Positions 11,225 through 22,125 of a stretch of DNA of 63,874 nt are shown here, in pieces. This DNA is from Gracilinanus agilis. Lineage: Eukaryota. The stretch is taken from positions 289,125,886 to 289,189,759 of the forward strand of contig NC_058131.1 in NCBI RefSeq assembly GCF_016433145.1, read 5' to 3'. The position numbers and the translations under genes are program-made. The notes beneath the pieces were generated by a model. That model saw only the letters and a program-made list of their open reading frames with translations, searched no databases and was not told the DNA's origin. Position 1 is the stretch's first letter. Each line of letters opens with the position of its first letter.

Positions 11225-14200
11225 GTAAGTGGGGCCTCCATATCCCCCAGCCTAAGATCTTCACCTTCCACCAGAAAGTCTGAGGGGAGAACTGAGCCTC
11301 ATCCTTCTTTCTCTCCCTGGACTTTGGGGAAAACATGTCTTCAAAAGAGGTCAGGAAGCCCAGGCAGCCACAGGCTACTGGTCCAGATGACAGGTCAGGC
11401 AGGGCAGATTTAGTACACTGAGAATCCCCTAGCCATCTTCCCAAACCCAAGTCACTTAAGTTCTTCTCAACTGTCAAGTGAGGAGACTGTTCTTCTAAGG
11501 CTCTTTCTAGCTCTAAGCCTCATGGATTGAGGAACATGTTAGGAACATGGCTATCTGGGGAGAAGGGGCAATTTCCCCAAAGTGTCCCCAATTCTCACCT
11601 GCCCTTCTCAACATAGAAGCAGTGTGCTGGAATTGGAGCTGAGGGACTTGGGTTCATCTTCCAGCTTTGGCATCTAAAATGCAAGTGACCATGATCACTT
11701 TTCACCTGTAAAACGGGGCACTGGAAAGTAGGACTCTCAGTTTCCTTCCCTTTCTAAGTCCATGATTCTCTTTCTGGGATTTTTCTTGGAATGAGAGATT
11801 AGAGTCATCTTGGTCTTCTTTTACCATGGAGGAGAGAGGCTCCTGGGGTTTTAGGACCTGGAGCATCTGCCCTCTTTTGCCTTTTGGGGGCACCAGGCGG
11901 CATGAGGTCTCAGCCCCAGTTTTCTACTTCTCTGGCTTTGACTGTTTTTGTTCAGGGATTCCAGAGATTTTGGATCTGGGTGGCAATGAGCCTGCCAAGG
12001 TGAGGATAGAAGGAGCCACAGCCAGAGGGGCAACCCTGGTCCTTGGGCAGGGGCTCTAGGATATGAAAGGGCAGAGCTTATGATAGAGGTGGAAGAACTT
12101 CAGATTTGGATGAAAGGACCTGGGATCAAATTTTTGCACAGCTTGTTTCTACTGGGACCCAGTTTCCTCCTAATCTATAATATGGGGGGCTAAGGTGTTG
12201 AACTCTGTTGGTCCTTAAGGTTTTATTTAGCCCCAAATTCTACAGGCCTTTAAAAGAGGACTCATTCTTTAGTGTATCATGCCTCCACCCCCACCCCTTC
12301 CCTCCTTGTCCTCCTCCCCCTTCTTTGAGGAGTAACTGGAGCCTGGGCCCAGCTGTTCTTACAGCCTTGGCCTAAGAATAGCCAAGTCCTCTGGCCTAGG
12401 GTAGGACGTGGTGGGGGGAGGGGAGTTGGGAAGGGTGGACGAAAGGGTCCTATGATTCCTCATGCTCTGGAGGGTGGAGATTCTGGGTATAGGACTAAGG
12501 TTAGACTTCTCAAATTCCTTTAACAGACAATAGCAATAAATGAATAAATTCCTGGAGCTAGAAAGGACTTTGGAGATCTAGTCCAATTCTTTCATTTTTA
12601 CAGATGAAAAAACTGAGGCCCCATATTAAGTCAATGTCAAAACTGGAACTCACACTCAAGTCTCTAGACTCCAATTCCAGGACTTTCCCCACTAAACTAA
12701 AATGCCTCTCGGAGCCTCACAAAAGCCCTGGCAGGAACATGGGATTATCCCCATTTGGCAGAGGTGTTAACTGGGATCCCTTGAGGTTAATTGAGGTTAA
12801 TCGTTTTAACTAATTAGACCCCATTAAGGCAGGATGGGATAGTGGATATGTACTGAAGTCAGAAGTCCCGGGTTCAAATGTCAGCTCTCCCACAATATTT
12901 CCTTATGATTTTGGGCAAATCACGTAATCTCTCAGTTTCCTCTTCTATAAAATAAGGGGGTTAGGATTCCATGATCATGAGGACCCTTTCAACTCTAATA
13001 TTGTCATGTTTTTTAATAGTCAGCAGCTGAGATCTCCCAGTTTTAATCTTTACTCCCTCAGCCTGCCTCAGCTTAATGGATGAGGAAGTGGTCGGGATGA
13101 GAACACCAGTTAGTTCTCTCTGTTCTGCTGTGTTAAAGAACAGGGCTAGGAGTATGGCTTGCCTGGGCCCCATGAGGAGAAGGCTGTATGTGCCCTTCTG
13201 AACAGACGAATCCTTTGGAGTCCTAGGATGGCATTAGTATTGGGTGGGGACAGAGTGGTGGTTGTGGTGAATTTTTATATAAATTCCTCACAACCGTGAA
13301 CTAAAGACATGGCAGGACAAAATGTCAGATGCTGCCAAGCTGGGGAAGACTTTGAGTATAGGCCCAGAGAGACAGTACATCTGTTGTCCAAGGACTGGTT
13401 GACCTACTAAGTAAGCAGAAATGTTATCATCAAAAGACTGGTCACCGGAAGGGGATTCTGGGGGCCACAGAAACTCATAGGGTCATAGAAAGGACCTTGG
13501 AGACCATTTCATCCAATACCCTCCTTTTACTGATAGGGAAATAGGGAGCCAGAAAAGTGAGCAAGCCCAAGTGAGCAGTAAAATAGGGACCTAGACCTGG
13601 GTTCAACAGTGGGATTAGCTCTTGGCTCTCCCCACCTTTTTTGGGAATCCCTGTTTCCCTTTCTTCTTCCCTTTCTCCTCCCCGAGCATTGGTACCTGAC
13701 TTCCTTTGCATCTTGCAGACGGACCAGCAGGCAGAAGCCCGGTCCTTCCTCAGCGAGGAAATGATTGCTGGTGAGTGTGTGTCCTGGCGGGTGGGCAGTG
13801 GAAGGGACTATTTTTGCCTGGGGAGTAAACTTAAGGCTGTGACAACCCTGAGGATGGCATATCCTCCTTGTTTATTACTCTGCTACTCCTCCCCTCAGAG
13901 TTCAAGGCTGCCTTCGACATGTTTGATGCTGATGGTGGTGGTGACATCAGCACCAAGGAACTGGGCACAGTAATGCGGATGTTGGGCCAGACACCCACCA
14001 AAGAGGAGTTGGATGCCATCATAGAAGAGGTGGATGAAGATGGTGAGCTGGGGCTCTCCTGTGAGTGAATTGTGAGCACTGGGTGACTGCATCTTTGCAG
14101 GGCTCTGATGCTCACTCTCCCCAATCTAGGCAGTGGCACCATCGACTTTGAGGAGTTCTTGGTCATGATGGTGCGCCAGATGAAAGAGGATGCGAAAGGG

Positions 14201-16100
14201 AAGAGTGAAGAGGAGCTGGCCGAGTGTTTCCGTATCTTTGACAGGTCAGGCGTGGTGCCCATTGGGCCAGGATTCCCTGGGAAGGTATTTGTGGAGATGC
14301 CCAGAGTTTAGGCTTGGCTCCAGTGGGGCTGCCTGGGGAAGGTATATGTGTATACATGGGGGATTGTGGGGGGCTGGAAGAGAAGGGGCTGGAAAGGAAG
14401 TAGAGTGACTGTGGCTGGGCTGAAGTGGGCTGAGTAGTCTTGGGTCCCAGGTCTTGGAGGATGTGAACCAAATGATCTTTAAGGGTTCTTTGAGCACCCA
14501 ATCCTTTGGTTTCCTGCAATATGTGTGTGGGCAGTTCCCATGTCCCAGCTTCTCGAGGGGCTACCTGAATGGGCACCTGATTTCCTTCCCCTATAAAGGA
14601 ATGCTGATGGTTATATTGATGCTGAAGAATTAGTGGAGATCTTCCGGGCTTCAGGAGAACACGTGACAGATGAAGAGATTGAGTCCTTAATGAAAGATGG
14701 AGACAAGAACAATGATGGCCGAATTGACTTTGATGGTGAGGGCATGGTTACTTCCCTTCTCTGGGGAAGCAGCTGGACAAGACAGGGTTAGGGTGGGAGA
14801 ATATAGGGGAAGAGAGGAATGGGGGAAGAGGAATTGAATAGATATCTGAGGACAGACAGGGAATGGGAAGCTCAGAGACTGGAATTCCAATCCTAGCCCT
14901 ATCTCCCAACTTGCTCTGTGACTTGGGAAAAGTCATTTTCTTTCTCCAGGCTCATTTTTGTTTTTTTGTAAAACGAGAGGAGTTGGAATTAATTTCTTTC
15001 TTTTTTTTTTTTTAAACCCTTACCTTCCATCTTGGAGTCAATACTGTGTATTGACTCCAAGGCAGAAGAGTGGTAAGAGTAGGCAGTGGGGGTCAAGTGA
15101 CTTGCCCAGGGTCACATGGCTGGGAAGTATCTGAGGTAGGACCTCCCATCTCTAGGCCTGGCTTTCAATCCACTGAGCTACCCAGCTGCCCCCTGGACTT
15201 AATTTCTAAGGTGCCTTCCAGCTGAGACATATACACACTGACAAACAAATGTTTTCACTGCAAGGAGCTTTCAGTCTAGAAATGGGTCCCAGAGTGATGG
15301 AGTGTGAAGGCTACTGGATTTGATAATGTGGGTCTGAGCTGGGCACTGCCACTTACTGTCAGACCTGGCTGGCAGGGGTCGGTCCTGAGGCAAATGAGAC
15401 AGAGATTGAGTTATGCAGCAAAGCTTTCTTGTGAGAAAGGAAAGGGGGACAGAGGAACAGAGAGCAAGGAGGGGGGAGCCTGCAACCAGTAGATGGCTAA
15501 AGGTTCCCACTGGGGTGGAGAAGGAGGCAATCTTTTATAGGGTGGTGGTCTGGGATGAGGTAATCTGGATTGTCTCTGTTGGGCAAAGTTGGGGTACTGG
15601 TGTCCAGATGATTGGATAGCCCTAAGCGGGCTGGCTTTGGGGGCCGGGGCTTGAATAGTCCTTAGTACGGTACAGATGGTATAAGTCCAGAACATCAATC
15701 CATCATGGATTTGTCAGGTCACAGCATGGGAAGTCACAGTGAAGTGGAACTACTTGCTTTGTTCTGGAGTTCCAGCAGGGGCAAGGGAAGGGGGCGCTAA
15801 CAGAGGAAAGGGAGTTTTGGTCCCATCATCTATCACTTACTAAGTGCCCTAAGGAGAATCACTCCTCTTTGGGCCTCAGGTTTTCTGTAAGATGAAGGAA
15901 TTGGACTACTTTGTCTAAGCTCCTTTAGGGATCTAAATTGTATGAATTGATAAACCTGGGCAAGCCAGGTCTGTGTGGGCAGTGCAGTCCGGCTCTGTGG
16001 CCTTCCCCTCCACTGTGTTCACACTCTTAACTTCTCTGATTCCTCTCCTCTCTTCTTTATCCTTGCAGAGTTCCTGAAGATGATGGAAGGTGTGCAGTAA
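11222..16100 (+). CDS. TNNC2: Troponin C, fast skeletal muscle (160 aa). Coding exons 11222-11224, 13719-13770, 13899-14042, 14130-14244, 14599-14735, 16069-16100
   Basis: All introns are GT-AG. Exons of 3+52+144+115+137+32 = 483 nt give [41 protein letters not shown]...[15 protein letters not shown], with four EF-hands. Exon 1 ends gtcaccATG|gtaagt. AATAAA at 16312-16317. Confidence 0.98.
12280..12440. promoter_or_regulatory. Candidate TNNC2 intron 1 muscle enhancer
   Basis: Clustered CCACCC boxes (12285-12296), E-box CAGCTG (12350-12355), MEF2-like CTAAGAATAG (12372-12381) and a G-rich box. Confidence 0.5.
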
Positions 16101-17012
16101 GAATCCAGCACTGTTCACAGCCCCTCCATCCTTCACTTCCAAGGGTTCAGCCAGAGATTCAACTGGCTCCTCTCTCCCTGAGACCATCCAGGGCTCCCCA
16201 AACTATTCCTCCTCATCTTCCACCCTCTGCTTCCCTGTCCCTCCCTCATGTGATGTTCCCCTTCCACTTCTCCCCTCCTGGTCTATTCCTGATGTGTAAA
16301 TGTCATTCACCAATAAAGGAAAAAGATTTCACTCAGAGTGGGGCTTGGGGCTCGGGGCTTCTTGATCATCTTCTAGACAGAGAGAACACTGGGTTTATCT
16401 AATGACTAAAGGGTTCTGCCCTTTGCTAGGTGTGTGACCCTGGGCGAGTCCCGATCTCTCTCTGCTTCAGTTTGCTCATTGGCAAGGTGAGATCAATAGC
16501 ACTCAGGGGGCCGTGGGGAGGATAACGCAAAGTCCTTTGCAAATCCTAAAGGCTTTCTTTATAATAGAAATGTTAGCTGTTGCAAGGAGAGCAAGTTGAG
16601 GTTTCATGCAAGGAAAACTCCTCCGGGTTGGCGCCATCCCCAAGCTCCGGCTCGGGCATCAGCAAGCCGAAGGGGGCCATCTCTGGAGTTCTCCGAGTCC
16701 TCTAGGGAATCACTGATCCCAGAGTTGTTGAAGGGTCTGGACTCCACAGCTAATGTCAGGAGGGTGGGGGCAGCAGGGAGGGGGAAGGGGAGGGAAGCAG
16801 GCGAGTCCGACCAGCGGGCGTAGAGGGAACTGGTGGGCCGGCGCTTTGCGGCTGTCCCCGCCTTCTACCCCTCCCCTCCCCCCTCCTCCACCCTCCTGGA
16901 TGGGTAGGGAAGGGGCTGGCCTCTGGCAAGGGCGGAGGCTGGAAGCGGGAGAGCCTGGGCTTTGCGACTCCTGGCTGAGGCCGAGGCCAAGATCGTCCAG
17001 AGTGTGGGAGGC

Positions 17013-18096
17013 ATGCGTGGCGGGGGGCCGGGGGAGAGGGCCCGGGAAGCCCGGGAGGCTGTGGCCGAGTGCAGGGCAGCGTACGAAGCGCTCAACAGGT
17101 TCACCGCGAGCTACAGGCAGTTGGTGCTGGGAGTGGGCAGCTCGGCGGACGGGAGGAGGCTGCGCCGGGCTCTGGAGGAGAGCGGTCGCAGGGGCTTCGA
17201 GCTGAGTCTAGGTGAGCGGACCGGGCGCGGGGGCTGATGGAAGGGGTAGGAGGGGGCGAGGCGCGGAGCGGGGAGAGGGTAGCGGGGCTTCTGAGCCTCC
17301 GAATGGGAACGGCGCGGCGTTTGGAACAGACACGGAGTTCGAATCCGGACTGCTGCCTGTTGCCCGGCTTCCCCTTCTGTAAAAGGAGAGTGGACCACAC
17401 GGCCTTCGTAGGATGCCTGGCCACACCTGCTGGTCCTTCTGGTCGTAGGACCCTAGCGGTTCTTACAGCCTAGGAAACCGAGGCCATTTGTTAAGTTCTC
17501 CCCGTGGCCACAGAACAACGCACCCCCCCCCCCCTGCCCTCCCCTTCCCTGACTGTTGCTGCCCCTGCTGTTTGCCTTCTCTCCCCCTCTCTCCCCGTCC
17601 CCAACCAGGCCTTCGGAACCAGCTTTTGGCCGAGCTCACAGAACCGGGAACTAGGCAGGAGGAAGAGGTGAAGATGGAGCTGGAGCGGATCTGGGTGCTA
17701 TGTCTGTCTGCCCTGGAGATTTTCCTGCAGGATCTGGGTCGGGCCCATGACCTCAGCCAGCTCTTCCCCATGCCATCTCCAGCCCCAGGGATCCAGTTGG
17801 TCAATACTGGGGTCACATCCTTTGGGCCTAAGGGATGGAGCCTGAGAAGGCCCAGTGGGAAGGCCTCTGAAAGAGCTGGGGAGCTGCCTGAGGAGCTGGC
17901 CCAGTGGGGGCAACGCCTGGAAGAGATGCTCTTGGAGATGGAGACCAAGGTCAACGTACCAGTGTGGAGTGTTGAGGCCACAGTGGGTGGTCCTGGAGCA
18001 GAAGAACCAAGCCCAGAGGGCTCAGCTGGGAGGAGTCCTCAGGGCTGCTGTGCCCAGGCTCCCCCTGGGCTGCAGTGGCATTGTGTAGTGGCATGA
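17013..18096 (+). CDS. RGS9-binding protein (R9AP/RGS9BP)-like paralogue, 228 aa, two exons (17013-17211, 17609-18096), C-terminal CaaX
   Basis: ATG at 17013 is the first in-frame ATG after an upstream TAG (16905). Donor cta g|GTGAGC and acceptor pyrimidine tract...ccaacCAG|gc are phase 1 and join the ORF with no stops (199+488 = 687 nt). Blocks match remembered R9AP: ECRAAYEALNRFTASYRQLVLGVGSSADGRRLR vs [40 protein letters not shown] vs EFERLWV; LFP...LVNTGV vs AFP...LVRTGV; METKVNVPVWSV vs MEMKVNVPRWTV. It sits in a CpG-rich segment. Confidence 0.9.
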
Positions 18097-18860
18097 AGGA
18101 GCCTGGCTCTAGAGAAGGGGCATCTCTCCCCTAACCTCCCAAGAGGTCAGTAGATGTCAATCTTCTATATCAGGGGAACCACTTTCAATTTTTGGCTAAT
18201 AAGTCACTTTCTTTTCCAGTTCAAATCCCATCCCCATCAGAATGTATGACTAGCAGGGAGGATTAGAAAAGATCTCTTAAGCCCAAGGGCAAGGGCTGAA
18301 GTGTAGCTACAAACTTAAAACAGCTGGGAGGCAGGACAATAGTGAGAGAGCATAAAAACCACTCTGTAAAAGACCAGGTTCTTGGTCCATTGATTTAACA
18401 ATGCTTGCTTTTCCCTTTCCCTTTCCCCATCAGCTGGTCCAGTTCCAGGATTCCTTCTAGTTCAAAACATTCCATGGCCTATGTTCTAATGTCCCATCTA
18501 GCTCTGACATTATGAATGTGTTTGCTCCAGTCCAGCCCAGACCCTTGGGAATTGTCTCCTCTAGGACTAGGTTCAATTTACAGCTCACCAATTTCCCATC
18601 CTGTCTCTGGAGAACCAAACAACACAAAAACGGCTTTTAAAAAACAAAACAAAATTTATTTATACATTAATGTTGAGGACTGGACTAGAGTTGAACAAAG
18701 AAAGAAAAGAAAAACATCAGAAGAAAAGGAAAACAGTCTGTGACAGAGAACTGGACAGAAGAGAGAAGATAGGTCTTCAGGAAGGAAAAGGCTACATACA
18801 CATAGATACATACATACACACACACACAAGATGAAGGCAAAGGAAGCTGGGCAGTCAGGG

Positions 18861-21800
18861 TCAGGGCTCTTGGCTGGTCACCTGCTTCATGTAGGTTTCC
18901 AGCAGGTACTTTTTAAAGGCTGGGGAGAGAAGAGGATGAGTAAGTAAGCAAACTGGCTTTGGTAGGTTCGAGAAACATGTAATCCAATAGTTTTAGAAAT
19001 GGAGTAATCTGGCTATGATCTTCTCCAGTTTCTTTCCTGATCCTAGACTGGTCCTTTTCCCTTTTGCCCATTTCTAAGGGAGCTGCCTACAGTAAAGGAG
19101 TCATGTCTGTATAGTCTACCTTTGCCCTATGAGCTAACCAGATTAAAGTCCAGGTGTACACACCAAACTCCCTCCCCTAAGGTTCTTCTATTCCATTTCC
19201 TTAAGAGGATACACATTTTTGTTAAAAGCTCTCCTTGGATTTTTGTGACAGCTATTCTTAAAATACCAGTGGTAAGCTTAATTATTTTATCTAAATTGCC
19301 CAAAGTTCTCAAGGAGAAAGAGTGAAATCTGTTTAGGGCAGGGTTTTTTCACTTTAAATCCTCTAGGGCCATGTTAGCAAAGACATGGCATTCATGCCCC
19401 GGCACGCCCGAGGGGGCTGCTGCATCCTGCCTCTACACCTGGGGACAATTTCCACATGCCCTGCCCCTTGTACAGAGGCCCAATGTGAGCTGTCCTCCCT
19501 CCACTTTCTGGGGTAATGGTGACGCCTCACAGGCATACTGAAGGTGCAGTCTGGGCAGGAGATCTTTTAAAAGGTTTGCCAACACTGCTGTAGGAGAAAG
19601 ATTGGGGTTCCTGTTTTAGCAGAGGACCTACCTGTAGGGTTTGTCCAAAGCTCAGCAGCATGTGTGTTCAATGGGCTATCAATATTGGGTTCTGTAGGTG
19701 GAGACAACATGTTAGGACAGAAGGACCTGAGAAAGAACTGTTAAGGAAATTGGAGATCTGTGGGAACCAGGTTCAGAAGTGTTAGTAATGGTTAGACTAA
19801 CTTAGCTTCTCACATTCTATGAGTCACAAGATGATAAAAGAAATTAGGTGGCTCAATAGATAGAGATCCCAGAGGTCCTGGGTTCAAATCTGGCCTCATA
19901 TACATCCTAGCTGCGTTAACCTGGGCAAGTCACTTAACCCCCATTACCTAACCCAAATCACTCTTCTGCTTTGAGACCAACATACAGTATTGATTTTAAG
20001 ATGGAAGGTAAAGATTTTGGGGGAAAAGATGGTAGAAGGAAATGATGGGAAGGGTAACCCTAAAACTTCAGAGGAAAGTCCAGGGTGGGGCAGTGGAACA
20101 TCCCCACAAGCTAGCAGGCATCACCTCCCAGCAGGCTCTGGATAGAGAGTAGGATGGTCCTGACATCATACAGAGCTGACCACTTGTCTTTGAGAATGTC
20201 CAAACAGATATTGCCTTGGGTGTCCACATTAGGATGGTAGCAGGGTGTGACAAATTTCACTGTGGGAGCATTATATGGATAGCCGCTGGGGAACTCCAGA
20301 GAAAGCTTGTACCTCAGATCTTCATATACCTGGATGAAGAAGCACCCAAGTAAATTAATGAGTGGACTGGAATGAGGGATATTTAAGCCACAGAAGATGT
20401 TCTGGTACAGTGGGAAGAACACTGTAAAAGTCCAAAGGCTTAGTTTTAGTTCCTGTTTTTTTCTGGTTCACGGAAAAATCTGAGCTTTAGTTCTTCATCT
20501 ATAAAATGGGGATAAACATAGCATAAACATAACTATCTGGTTCACAGAATTGAGGAGATGATCAATCAGTTGAGTTAAAGGATGTGAAAGTTTCTGAATT
20601 GCAAATTTTATTTTATTTTAATAAATATTTTCCCATGATTCATGTTATCTCCCTCCCCCCTCCCGGAGGGACAAGCAACTGAATTGCTGAATTGCACATT
20701 TTAAGAGATCATTCACTATTTTGGGTGGGGGTTTTCTCTATCTCCTCAAGGGGTTCCCCTCACTTAGCCCATCTGTTTATCGGTATATACAAGTCAAAGC
20801 AAACTCCATTGTGTCCAATTCATTTTCAATCCTTGATACTCACAGTCCCAGCAGCACCATGGATGGTCCCGACCCATTTGAAGAGATTGTCTGACTCTGG
20901 GAAGGCAGAAATTCCTTTATCTCCAGACATCTGCAGAGGAAGAATAATCAGGGTGGGGTTGCTGAACAAGTAGCCTTAGATGATCCCAAGGGTCCCTTCC
21001 AGAATCCTGTGCCTCTAAAGGGGAGGGAGAATAGTTGGGCGAAGAGGCAACAGTCCAAGATTTGCTTATAGCTGATCCCAATAAAATACAATCTGACTGA
21101 TTAGGGTGTTTTTTTGAAGAGTGGGGTGGGGTGGTATAAACAGGCGGAGCTGGGAGATCAGCAACCAGCCCTCCTGGGGAAGGCTACTGATTAAGAGTTG
21201 GTGTTATAAAATCCCACATTTTCTCCAGGTGCTCCCCTCTAAAAAATGGGAGTTAAATTCGAGGTCCCTTTTCAGCTGAGAATCTTTCCCTCTATGAGGG
21301 AGGAAGAGCTGTGGGTAGGTTTGGGTTGGAGCCAGGGAGATCCGAAGGGGCCTCCTGGCTGCTGGGCTGACCACGGGAGGCACTCACCATTAGGGTCATC
21401 AATTCCTGTTGTAATCTGCGGGAAATCCGCAAGGGAGAGGGTTCGGTTACTGAGCATTAAGACTAGAACAAACTTACCCCACTATCCTGCTCTCCCCGCA
21501 CCCAGTCTGACCTTTGGCTGATGGAGTATTCAACCCTCACCCTAACCTCCAGCTCCAGCCTGCCTTCCTCTTCCCCTCCCTCCATCGGCCTACCCGAGTC
21601 TGCCTCCCTCTCCTCTCCCCCCACCTCTCCAGCCTGTTCTCCAATCTGACTCCCCAATCTGCCCTCCCTGCTTCCCCCCCACCCCCCCCACTCTCCAGTA
21701 TTCTCTCCTCCCTCCCCTACTCCTCATCCTGCCCTCTCTGCCACTCGCTCTTCGCCTTCCAGGCTGAAGGAATTCTCACCTCTTGCCCACGGACCCTCGG

Positions 21801-21883
21801 GCCGCGCCCGCCCCAGGCTCAGCCCCCTTACGGGAGGCGGCGGCGGCGCTAGCAGCAGCCGGGTCGCGGTTCTGTGAGGCCAT
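18861..21883 (-). CDS. UBE2C: Ubiquitin-conjugating enzyme E2 C (180 aa). Exons 21780-21883, 21388-21415, 20844-20930, 20125-20329, 19632-19691, 18861-18919
   Basis: GT-AG introns; 543 nt in total. Translation [24 protein letters not shown]...[36 protein letters not shown]...[20 protein letters not shown]...KQVTSQEP*. The catalytic Cys is intact. AATAAA on the minus strand at 18655-18660. Confidence 0.98.
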
Positions 21884-21939
21884 CGGGGACAGGAGATAAA
21901 GGAAGAGAAAACTCTCTGGCGGTAACTGCGGAGCTCCAG

Positions 21940-22125
21940 GCCCGCCCGCCCGCGTTTGAATTGTAACCCTCCGGCGGCGTCAGCCAATCGGAGATACGCT
22001 TGGGTTTGATCCAGCCAATGAATCACTCCGATATGCCTCGTCACCTAGAAACAGGCAAACCCACCCACCAGAGCGACAGGAATGGTCAGCAGTGGCTCGC
22101 TTCCAAGAAGACGATTGGTAGCTGA
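21940..22125 (-). promoter_or_regulatory. UBE2C: UBE2C G2/M-type promoter (CDE/CHR and NF-Y boxes), CpG island
   Basis: CHR TTTGAA at 21955-21960 next to a GC-rich CDE-like tract. CCAAT boxes at 21984 and 22015 (31 bp apart), plus ATTGG near 22115. Confidence 0.75.

Noticed and set aside
13831-14576. 143-aa and 137-aa minus-strand ORFs within TNNC2
   Set aside because: Antisense shadows of exons 3-4 and intron sequence.
16962-17012. ORF-track start at TTG for the R9AP-like gene
   Set aside because: Non-AUG. ATG 17013 has good context, and homology starts just downstream of it.
16320-17012. Photoreceptor-specific promoter for the R9AP-like gene
   Set aside because: I found no CRX/OTX TAATCC cluster, so retinal expression cannot be inferred.
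17300-17400. tRNA gene suggested by a perfect B-box
   Set aside because: No cloverleaf or proper A-box; the flanks look MIR-derived. The same applies to B-boxes in the SINE heads.
17488-17608. N-terminal 40 codons of the 202-aa ORF (MLSSPRGH...)
   Set aside because: Intronic polypyrimidine tract; the true exon starts at the AG acceptor at 17609.
17463-17981. 172-aa minus-strand ORF, plus the overlapping 150-aa (16753) and ~100-aa ORFs
   Set aside because: Antisense or alternate-frame shadows of the GC-rich R9AP-like gene, with no recognisable homology.
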